DNA from: Methylotenera sp.
GTDB taxonomy: Bacteria > Pseudomonadota > Gammaproteobacteria > Burkholderiales > Methylophilaceae
Assembly: GCA_020622105.1 (NCBI GenBank)
Contig: JAHRYP010000002.1
Location: forward strand, 14,176 to 78,175
DNA: 64,000 nt
Direction: 5' to 3'
Part shown: piece by piece, positions 1 through 8,573 of the stretch
Layout of the letters: each line of letters opens with the position of its first letter
How positions within the stretch are numbered: the first letter of the stretch is position 1
The notes under the pieces: generated by a model
The model's database searches: none
What the model saw: the letters and a program-made list of their open reading frames with translations, nothing else
What the model was told of the DNA's origin: nothing
Position numbers and translations under genes: made by a program

Positions 1-284
1 ATCATACCAGCTGAAATTAGCAGACTTTTAATAGTCATAACTAAGCCAATTCCTGCTGAAAACAACCACACTCAAGCGCCGTGCCGAAAAATTAATCAGC
101 CATTGCAGTCAGGTGATAGCACATTGAAACAGCATGCATATTGATTCATTAGCAACCGGACTGATACCATAAATCGAAGTGATCGATGAGTCTATTGACG
201 CTTTCAGTTCAAATAAATTTTGAATGTTACAATAAACCTAATCAACAGAACCGTTACTAAAATACCAATTCATGAACACGAAAA

Positions 285-474
285 ATGCCACCGGAAGATG
301 ATGATGTGCGCGCAGTGGTACAGACGCAGCAATATTCAAAGCCTGTTTGAGCAAGGTATGGATATGGAGGCTATTTCCAGATGGACAGGTGCACTCTCAG
401 GTTGCGGTGGCTGCGAGTGGGATATTGCAGAGTTTCTAAAAAATCTAGAAGAACAAAAGAAAAGTAAGCTATAG
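285..474 (+). pseudogene. Small BFD-like (2Fe-2S)-binding protein, 5' part apparently damaged by indels
   Basis: The C-terminal half reads I-x-S-L-F-E-Q-G...I-S-R-W-T-G-A-L-S-G-C-G-G-C-E-W-D-I, the BFD-type 'TGA..GCGGC' pattern. The expected N-terminal C-x-C-S-G-T is split across frames (tgc 307-309; gc-agt-ggt-ac 312-321; ATG-PPEDD from 285). The ORF track's TTG start at 220 is unlikely. Confidence 0.55.
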
Positions 475-499
475 AACTCACTGGAGCTTTCATAGACCA

Positions 500-952
500 C
501 TACCGCTTTTGAGTGTCTTTAATGTCAATAACCTTGTCTGGCAAGGACTTATCCCTGTTGACAGCTAAAGGTTCAGTAAGGTGCTTTGAAAAACTCGTCA
601 TATCAGAAAATCTTGCACAGTTGATGCCTTTTTCTCTTAAGTTCGTCACAATCTTATCAAATCCCGGATCGTTACTCAAAATTGAAAACTGCTCGTCAGG
701 ATGCTGGATGGCTAACTCGCCCAGCTGAAAGGCAATATTGAAATCAATAGTATTACGCCGTCCATTATCAAACTGAATATATTCAGCATCTGTACCTAAA
801 GGCTGTAAAGCACAAGCCAAAGCAAGGGGGATTACGTTGTGATGCGCCCCCAAATAAATCTTGATAATTAACTTTTGTGAGCTTTTGCTAATGAGGATGG
901 AATTCCCCACGTGCGTGTTGTCATAATCGATAAAAACATAATGCGTTTGCAT
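500..952 (-). CDS. PIN/NYN-like domain protein
   Basis: Motifs FIDYDN, N..DFNIAFQLG and ILSNDPGFD match the acidic PIN/NYN nuclease-fold pattern. Start placed at the second Met (MQTHY, 952). Confidence 0.75.
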   Translation of the reverse strand: MQTHYVFIDYDNTHVGNSILISKSSQKLIIKIYLGAHHNVIPLALACALQPLGTDAEYIQFDNGRRNTIDFNIAFQLGELAIQHPDEQFSILSNDPGFDKIVTNLREKGINCARFSDMTSFSKHLTEPLAVNRDKSLPDKVIDIKDTQKR

Positions 953-1207
953 AATGTAGCCTCTGATAATGTCATGCATCTATTATATACATTCAGCCAC
1001 ACACAAAGTCTATATATTATTGAATCCACTGTTTTAACTTCTACATTATCATCTGTAAATCAATCACGATTCAATTGCCAAATGAATTTGTACATAAAAT
1101 TTAGCCAGGTCTGTATAGTGAAATAGCCATATATAGTTTAGAGTTTGTATTTAGGTGAATTGAGTATTTTTCGATTCATTAAAAGACTAAATATATAATG
1201 AGTTCAT

Positions 1208-2158
1208 ATGATTAAAAACGGCCAAAATATTCTTGTTTTAACCTCTAATAGCACTGGAAATAATGTCTTCATGACGCCAGCTATAAAACTTCTTAGAAAA
1301 AACCTGCCAGACAGCATGATCGAAGTAGTTGCATTAACAAAACTTAGCGCACAGGTTTACAACTCTAATCCTTATATTAATCGGCTTCATGTCATTAAAA
1401 ATGTATCAGACTTTGATAAGCTCGCCGTGAACTTCGATCATGTTATTCCGCTGCATCAGAATACGATTAAAAAATACAAATCCATTAAAACAAAAATTCA
1501 CACTTTACCAAAAATTACCAGCGAACATCATCATGCTGATCAACTGCTTGATCATGTTGCCAATCTTTTAAGCGTAAAAGTTGATAGCGCTGACAGGCAA
1601 TATTTCCTGGGTAACCCATCAAAACATTTTATTATCGAGAAATCGTTTTATGACAACGAACCGATAATTAACATTCATTTAGGTAGCGCAAGGGCTAATC
1701 TTCATGGATGGAAGTTCTGGCATTACAAGAGAGCGGAAGAAGATAAAGTCTGGAATATTGAAAACTATATTGCACTGGCTCAAAAGCTGCTTGAGCGCTA
1801 CCCAAACTTGAAAATTACGCTTACCGGCAGTAAAAATGAGTCATTTTTAGCTAAAAGATTTATTAAAAAAATACCAGATGCCATTAATCTCACCGGAGAA
1901 ACCACGGTACAGGATTTACTCCAACACATAAGCAATTGTGATTTGTTTATATCACATGATTGTGGAGTGCTTCATATTGCCTCGGCAACCAAAACGCCTA
2001 TCATCGCCCTATTTGGCCCAACCAGCTCAGTCAGAACCGGGCCATACCCTGATAGATCTGACAATATTGTAATCAAACGCGAGAAAATGTCAGACATTCA
2101 AGTCAATGATGTTGTTGAATCTGTTAATCAATTATTAATTCAGGCCAAACCAAAATAG
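1208..2158 (+). CDS. Glycosyltransferase family 9 (heptosyltransferase-like)
   Basis: 316-aa ORF with GT9 hallmarks: W..ENY..L, NLTGETT..L, FISHDCGVLHIASA..TP.IALFGPT. Confidence 0.88.
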   Translation: MIKNGQNILVLTSNSTGNNVFMTPAIKLLRKNLPDSMIEVVALTKLSAQVYNSNPYINRLHVIKNVSDFDKLAVNFDHVIPLHQNTIKKYKSIKTKIHTLPKITSEHHHADQLLDHVANLLSVKVDSADRQYFLGNPSKHFIIEKSFYDNEPIINIHLGSARANLHGWKFWHYKRAEEDKVWNIENYIALAQKLLERYPNLKITLTGSKNESFLAKRFIKKIPDAINLTGETTVQDLLQHISNCDLFISHDCGVLHIASATKTPIIALFGPTSSVRTGPYPDRSDNIVIKREKMSDIQVNDVVESVNQLLIQAKPK

Positions 2159-2320
2159 CTATATCCAATCTTGCTGAATTACTTGAATTCCATATGCTTT
2201 ACAGCAAAATTCAGATTCCGTGTATGAGGCATACACTTAACTGTGGTGTAACTAACATAGTGCTTGGCGCACTGTAATGTAATGATTTTGGACTAGCTTT
2301 AGATCATGTAAATTAACAAA

Positions 2321-2348
2321 AAAGGCTTATGCACACACATAAGCCTTT
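2321..2348 (-). terminator. Rho-independent terminator downstream of tRNA-Lys
   Basis: Perfect 11-bp inverted repeat aaaggcttatg/cataagccttt with a 6-nt loop, followed by a U-tract on the minus strand, 8 nt after the tRNA CCA. Confidence 0.8.
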
Positions 2349-2356
2349 GATTTACT

Positions 2357-2432
2357 TGGTAGGAGATGCGAGGCTCGAACTCGCGACAAACGGATTAAGA
2401 GTCCGCTGCTCTACCAACTGAGCTAATCTCCC
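2357..2432 (-). tRNA. tRNA-Lys (anticodon CTT)
   Basis: Reverse complement GGGAGATTAGCTCAGTTGGTAGAGCAGCGGACTCTTAATCCGTTTGTCGCGAGTTCGAGCCTCGCATCTCCTACCA: 76-nt cloverleaf with anticodon loop CT-CTT-AA, TTCG T-loop and encoded CCA. Confidence 0.97.
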
Positions 2433-3299
2433 AAGCCTTTTATTATAAGGCTTATAGAGCATTTTAAAAAATTAAAATTAATTGTGTGCTATATTTTTTC
2501 TGTTGATTAGAGCAATATTAGTTGCAACTAATTGATTTTATTGTCCATTTTTTAAAACTTTTTAACCCATAAAATCATGTGCTAAAAGAGTCCGTTGGTC
2601 TACTTACATCATAGCCCTCATAATTTGCATAAACAGCTTAGCTAATCCTAGTTTACTTATTATTAAACTGGACTTTATGACCAAGGTTAATTATGGCGAA
2701 ATTTTTGATAAATACCTGCTATAAATGCAAAAAATCATACACCGAATAAATTAAATAACAGCTGAATCGTCTTTACAGACGGTCAGTTTTAGCAGTCATT
2801 TGACTGCCATCGCCCTAATAAAAACGTTCGTACAAATTCACTTATTGAACACTCAATAGCTATTGAGGCCATCTCATTCAATACTGGTTAATCACGCATA
2901 AAAGCTACCTGATTTTATTTTGGCTATTAGACCAATTGGGATCGTAGTCAGAATCATTCACACCTACTTTTTTTAAGTTACCCCTTTCAGACATTAAGGT
3001 ATTAAGTTATTTGAATGAAAGTTACCCAACGCACATACGCGACCCAAGCTTAAATTTAATAATTACGTTTTTAAGAGTGCGCACTGCTAAGTGGGTAAGC
3101 AGAATTTATAAATCATCCTATGCTTATCCAACATCAATCAAAAATTATCACATGTTCAAAAAACCTGTTTGAGTCTATTTTTTTGAGTTGCGCTTACCCA
3201 AGTAATGTTTTGAGTGCACCTATTTTAAAAGTTAGAAAACAGAATCCAATATATTTAATTTGTTCGTAAGTCCAAATTTTCAGTGATAGGAATCATTAA

Positions 3300-4028
3300 A
3301 TGTCCATCATAAATAAACCAATACATGATCCTAGACAAAATAACATACTTGCAGCGCTGAAAAAGGAAGAATATGAGCGGATTCTTCCTGATCTAGAGTT
3401 AGTCGAGATGCCCTTAGGTTGGACGCTTTCTGAAGCGGGTGACCATGTAAAATTTATTCACTTTCCAATCAAAGGAATAGTCTCGCTAATTTATGTTTTA
3501 GAAGATGGTTCATCTAGTGAAACTGCGATTGTTGGAAATGAAGGGATGATCGGAATTTCAATCTATATGGGTGGTGAAAGTATGCCAAGCAGCACTGAAG
3601 TACAGTGCGCTGGTTTTGCTTACAGGCTCAGTAGGAAAATTCTGAAGCAAGAGTTTGCTTTAGGCGGACAATTACAAAAAATTGCCTTGCTTTACACGCA
3701 GGCATTAATTGCACAGACCTCACAAACTGCAGTGTGTAACCGACATCACGGAATTGAACAGCAACTTTGCCGCTGGCTATTGATGAGTGTGGACAGATTG
3801 CATGACAATGAAGTAAAAATCACACAAGAGTTAATTGCTAATTTACTGGGCGTACGCAGAGAAAGCGTAACCGACGTAGCCGGTAAATTGCAAAAATATG
3901 GCATGATTGCCCGTTCTCGGGGCCGAATTACGGTGCTGGATCGACCAAAACTAATGAAACACGTATGTGAGTGCTACGATACTGTAACCAGAGAGTATGA
4001 GCGTTTACTTCCATTAGTTAAAACATAA
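3300..4028 (+). CDS. Crp/Fnr family transcriptional regulator
   Basis: cNMP-binding beta-roll (ETAIVGNEGMIG) and C-terminal HTH (ITQELIANLLGVRRESVT). Confidence 0.93.
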   Translation: MSIINKPIHDPRQNNILAALKKEEYERILPDLELVEMPLGWTLSEAGDHVKFIHFPIKGIVSLIYVLEDGSSSETAIVGNEGMIGISIYMGGESMPSSTEVQCAGFAYRLSRKILKQEFALGGQLQKIALLYTQALIAQTSQTAVCNRHHGIEQQLCRWLLMSVDRLHDNEVKITQELIANLLGVRRESVTDVAGKLQKYGMIARSRGRITVLDRPKLMKHVCECYDTVTREYERLLPLVKT

Positions 4029-4135
4029 ATTGATTATTATTCAGCACATTTATTTGTGCTATGCAAGTTTGTAGTAATTTTAAAGTACGATCTTAATAAC
4101 AAGACTCAATTAATTCTAGTGTAACTAGCTTGCAA

Positions 4136-4413
4136 TTAAGATTTAAATATATTGCTTAATTGTTCTTTAGACGCAGCTTCTGCGGCTTCCTCTGCGGCTA
4201 AAATAATTGATTGAGATGCTGATTTGCTGCTTTATTCGCAGCATTAGCAGCGCGCTGGGTTGCCTCAGTTGAAAGCTCGGTCAATGATTTAAGTGATGTA
4301 AGGACGTCTGCGTATCTTTTATTTGTAATCGTATAACCGCGACGTAAATGGCCTATCTAATCTTCAAGCACCGCTAATTTTGCAAAGATGATTTTTTCTG
4401 ATTCTGTACTCAT
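4136..4413 (-). pseudogene. Disrupted Ala-rich coiled-coil hypothetical protein (about 92 aa if repaired)
   Basis: AAGGAG SD (4420-4425) and ATG at 4413. Reads MSTESEKIIFAKLAVLED-TAG(4357-4359)-IGHLRRGYTITNKRYADVLTSLKSLTELSTEATQRAANAANKAA, then a one-base shift near 4223 continues SASQSIILAAEEAAEAASKEQLSNIFKS-TAA. Not in the ORF track. Confidence 0.65.
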
Positions 4414-4664
4414 CACGTGCTCCTTTATTTATAGAACGATTGTGTACGAATCAATTGCCAGCGTCAATTATTTACATGTAAATACAGATTATAGTTATTG
4501 GATTGTCTAAGCATTAATATTCTTTGGTAGCATGGCAAAAAACCCTAGGTGTTTACCTAACTCTGGCTAGTCAAAAATTGCGTAAATGGCATCTCATTTT
4601 AATAAACGTTTACAATAAATCAATGAAATTAATTAGCCAAACGCTAACATTAGAGTAAGCAAAA

Positions 4665-5568
4665 ATGAGAACTATTCGAAAACCTCTTATCGGGCTTGCA
4701 TTAGGCGGTGGAGCTGCACGCGGCTGGTCGCATATAGGTGTAATTAGAGCTTTAGATCAGGCAGGAATTAAGCCTGACATTATTTGCGGCACCTCAATTG
4801 GTGCTTTAGTTGGCGCGGTGTATGCAGCCGGGGAGTTGGATCGCTTTGAACAGTGGGTACTTGAACTGAAAATCAGTGATGTCGTCTCCTATATAGACGT
4901 GAGTCTCAGCGGTGGTTTACTCAAAGGCGAGCGTCTCATGGAGTTCTTTCGTAGAGACTTTGTTGATCGTGCAATAGAAGACCTAGCTATTCCTTTTGCA
5001 GCGGTAGCGACATCACTGAAAACCGGTGCAGAAATCTGGCTGCGTGATGGTTCCACACTTGAAGCTGTACGCGCTTCCATTGCTCTGCCTGGGCTTTTTG
5101 AACCATCCCTGAAAGATGGCGAGAGAGTGGAGGGAGGATTGGATCAACCCGGTACCAGTATCACTCGCACGTGCAATGGGCGCAGATTTTGTGATCGCAG
5201 TTGATCTAACCGCTGGCGTATTGAGTCAAAAACTTGATTTTGATCAACAGAAAGATAAATCAGACGACCAAACTGTTAGCTGGATGACAAAACTTCAAGA
5301 GGGACTAGACTCCCTGGTTCCTGCATTTGTACAAAAAGAGACCGACTTACCTTCTATGCTAGATGTTATTACTTCCAGCATTAATATTATGCAGATCCGT
5401 ATTACGCGAAGCCGAATGGCTGGAGACCCGCCGGAAATTATCATAGCGCCACACCTCGCACACATCGATCTCCTTGATTTCCATCGAGCGAAAGAAGCGA
5501 TTCAAGAGGGAGAACAGGCTATGAATGCCATGCTACCCTTATTAATAGAGCGTTACGATTCCATTTAA
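4665..5568 (+). pseudogene. rssA: Patatin-like phospholipase (RssA-type), frameshifted near 5141-5144
   Basis: GGGAARG and GTSIG motifs lie in ORF 4665-5204; NPVPVSLARAMGA and MSRMAGDPP-like segments lie in ORF 5116-5568. Removing one base at ttg-g(a)tc-aac restores GGLVNPVPVS and gives a 300-aa protein. Confidence 0.85.
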
Positions 5569-8213
5569 ATGACTGAATATTCTAGAATTGAAGCAGTCTG
5601 GTGGCGTAATACTAGAACTAGAGGCGTAATTTTTATAATCTCAAACCAGAGTACGCTGATCCAAACCCCGGCTACACAATATAAAAACTGTAATGGTGAA
5701 ATCGGCGCGAAATGAAATATTTCGCGAAGTATCGGAAAACTTAGTATTAGCAAAAGAAACACAAATGCACCCAAGATCACCCACCATAAAGCAGGATTAT
5801 ATTGACTGGCGGTTTTAAGTACGCTGTGACGCCATGAACGATTAACCAGAATCAAGCCTAGATTACCAATGACCAAAGTTGAGAAGGTCAATGTCCGAGC
5901 CACTTCATCACTTGCGTCATGCAGCAGCGCATAACTTAATACCGATAATGAAGACAACAGCACAAATACGCCCTGCCATAGACTGATTAAGAAAATACGG
6001 CGACCAAACAAAGCTTCACTGGAGGGTCGCGGTGGACGCTGCATGATATTTGCTTCTGCTGGCTCAGCTTCAAAGGCAATTGAACACGCGGGATTAATGA
6101 TCATTTCCAGAAATACGATATGCACAGGCGCGAACACTGGCGACCAGCCGAACAATAAAGGTATCAGTGCCAAGCCAATAATAGGAAAATGCACCGCAAA
6201 AATGTAAGCCATGCCTTTGCGCAAATTGTCGAAAATAGAACGGCCCAAACGCACCGCATGCACAATCGATGCAAAATCGTCATCAAGCAGAACCAGACCA
6301 GCAGCCTCACGCGCCACGTCAGTACCGCGCCCGCCCATCGCAATTCCAATGTGTGCAGCTTTTAATGCAGGCGCATCATTCACACCATCGCCAGTCATTG
6401 CCACAATCTCGCCATTCGCTTTCAGTGCATTGACTAGACGCAGCTTTTGCTCAGGAACCATGCGCGCAAATATATTGCTGTGATGAATACGCTCGCGTAA
6501 GGTTACCTCATCCATCTGGGTTAACTCTGCACCGGTAATTATTCCGCCATCACCGGCAGGAAGCCCGATTTGAGATGCGATAGCGATAGCAGTTGTCGGA
6601 TAATCACCGGTAATCATCACCACGCGAATCCCGGCAGCATGACATTGTTTGATTGCCGGCAATACCGTTGGCCGTACCGGATCAGCCAAACCGATGAGCC
6701 CAAGAAACTCAAATTCAAAATCATGCTGAATGTCAGGCCAAGTGTTGCTGCTATGATTAGCTTTAGCCACCCCTAGTACGCGCATACCCTGTGCAGCTAT
6801 CTGATCTACCTGCTGAGCCAGTTGCGCCAGCTGTGTTGCATTGAAATGGCACAGATCAGCAATAGCCTCTGGCGCACCCTTTGCAGCGACCACATAGTCG
6901 TTACTATCCACCGCTTTCCACACCCGAGATAGTGCCAGCAACTCAGGTGATAACGCATACTCGTGAGCCATTTGCCAACTCCCATGCAAGTGCTCAGTAT
7001 CGGCTAAATAACGCTTACCTAAAGTATGAATGGCTTTTTCCATTGGGTCAGACGGTGCAATGTCACTGGCTAAAATAGAAAACTCTGCTAATTCATGAAA
7101 CATCTCCGGCATCAGCAGTTCTGATTGAGTGCAGTCAAAGACAGCATTATTGACTACTAGCTGTCGTACCTCCATACGATTAAAGGTCAGCGTGCCAGTT
7201 TTATCTACACACATGACAGTGGCCGAACCCAGCATCTCGACCATATTAACGCGCCTTGTCAGCACGCGGTGCTTGGAAATACGCCAGGCCCCCATCGCCA
7301 TAAAAACAGTCATCACAACCGGGTACTCTTCAGGTAATATCGACATCGCCAAAGTGATGCCAGATAACAATCCATGCAACCAATCGCCGCGTGTCAAACC
7401 ATATACAAGCAGTAGTAACAGGCTTAGAAAAGCTCCAAGAATAGCGAGATTGCGGACCAAGTGTTTAATTTCATTCTGCAAAGGGGTTGTTACACTGTCT
7501 AATTCCTGCAGGGATTTACCTATTTTGCCTATTTCACTGTTGAGGCCAGTTGCCAACACCAATGCTTGTCCTCGTCCCTGTACAACTAAAGTGCCGGCAT
7601 AGATAAACGGCAAACCATCACCGCCCGGTGGCGAAACTTCAGAAATGGGCTGCTCAATCCGGTTGGTCTGCGCAATTTTGGTAACAGACACCGACTCTCC
7701 GGTTAGTAATGATTCATCTACAGCAAGATTATGACTGGAAGTTAATACGGCATCCGCCGGCACGCGATCGCCTTCGGATAATATGAGCATGTCACCGCGT
7801 ACTACTTCACGTCCAGCAATACGTTGCTCAACGCCATCACGCACTACTAAAGCGCGCGGACTGGTTAAGTCGCGCAGAGCATCCAATACACGCTCGGTTT
7901 TGTTTTCCTGGTAAATAGTGATTGTCATCACCACACACACAAAACCTAGCAACATCAGCGCATCAGTGACATCTCCTAGCAGTAAATAAATACCCCCGGC
8001 TGCCACCAATAACAGAAACATAGGCTCTTGTACGACCTCCCATGAGATGTCCCGCAAATTTCTCTTGCCAGACACAGGTAGCTCGTTCGCACCATCTTGC
8101 TTCAACCTGACTTTTGCTACTGCACTTGATAAGCCAACATGCTGAAAAATACCAAGCCCTTGCTGCGGCTTACGCAAGTTTTTAACAAAACGCTGTGTGT
8201 TTTTAATCTGCAT
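5565..8213 (-). CDS. Cation-translocating P-type ATPase (type II-like)
   Basis: TGES, PEEYP, DKTGT, KGAPE, MITGD and TGDGVNDAPAL motifs; multiple TM segments. Overlaps the patatin 3' end by 4 bp (convergent). Confidence 0.95.
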   Translation of the reverse strand: MQIKNTQRFVKNLRKPQQGLGIFQHVGLSSAVAKVRLKQDGANELPVSGKRNLRDISWEVVQEPMFLLLVAAGGIYLLLGDVTDALMLLGFVCVVMTITIYQENKTERVLDALRDLTSPRALVVRDGVEQRIAGREVVRGDMLILSEGDRVPADAVLTSSHNLAVDESLLTGESVSVTKIAQTNRIEQPISEVSPPGGDGLPFIYAGTLVVQGRGQALVLATGLNSEIGKIGKSLQELDSVTTPLQNEIKHLVRNLAILGAFLSLLLLLVYGLTRGDWLHGLLSGITLAMSILPEEYPVVMTVFMAMGAWRISKHRVLTRRVNMVEMLGSATVMCVDKTGTLTFNRMEVRQLVVNNAVFDCTQSELLMPEMFHELAEFSILASDIAPSDPMEKAIHTLGKRYLADTEHLHGSWQMAHEYALSPELLALSRVWKAVDSNDYVVAAKGAPEAIADLCHFNATQLAQLAQQVDQIAAQGMRVLGVAKANHSSNTWPDIQHDFEFEFLGLIGLADPVRPTVLPAIKQCHAAGIRVVMITGDYPTTAIAIASQIGLPAGDGGIITGAELTQMDEVTLRERIHHSNIFARMVPEQKLRLVNALKANGEIVAMTGDGVNDAPALKAAHIGIAMGGRGTDVAREAAGLVLLDDDFASIVHAVRLGRSIFDNLRKGMAYIFAVHFPIIGLALIPLLFGWSPVFAPVHIVFLEMIINPACSIAFEAEPAEANIMQRPPRPSSEALFGRRIFLISLWQGVFVLLSSLSVLSYALLHDASDEVARTLTFSTLVIGNLGLILVNRSWRHSVLKTASQYNPALWWVILGAFVFLLLILSFPILREIFHFAPISPLQFLYCVAGVWISVLWFEIIKITPLVLVLRHQTASILEYSVI

Positions 8214-8573
8214 AATTTGCGCAGTTGCTAAGCTCGAATGTTCCTGTATTAAGAAGAAGTATCTTTAAATGATAATATCATCTGACCTAGCTGCTTCAAA
8301 ATTGACTGTCGTTTTGGGCGATTGCTGAAATCTGAACGGCAGATTTATGTCCGTAACTAAACTAGATCTATGTGAATTATGGCTGGCATCATTCGCATAG
8401 ATGACGCAAAAAATGATATGACAATATCGTGGACTGTATTTGTACTGTAAATTAGATGGGGATAGCTGCCAATGGCATTCAATAGAGTAATGTCATTGAC
8501 ATAAGATGCTATATGACTGCGGTTTAAACACTAACACCTTCCTGACTCCGATTTAATCGAGAAAACTCTAAAT

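Noticed and set aside
220-474. ORF as a tyrosine-recombinase C-terminal fragment
   Set aside because: The RRS..SLFEQG.D...I..W.G spacing is superficially similar, but the catalytic His/Tyr residues are absent and the GCGGC motif fits a BFD-like protein better.
4357-4359. In-frame TAG as pyrrolysine or suppressor readthrough
   Set aside because: The same gene also has a frameshift, the nearby tRNA reads AAG rather than UAG, and no pyl genes are present.
8375-8415. Possible c-di-GMP-I riboswitch (contains GACGCAAA)
   Set aside because: The upstream GG.AAA/GNRA P1-P2 architecture is missing, only a weak hairpin is present, and it is not oriented in front of a gene on that strand.
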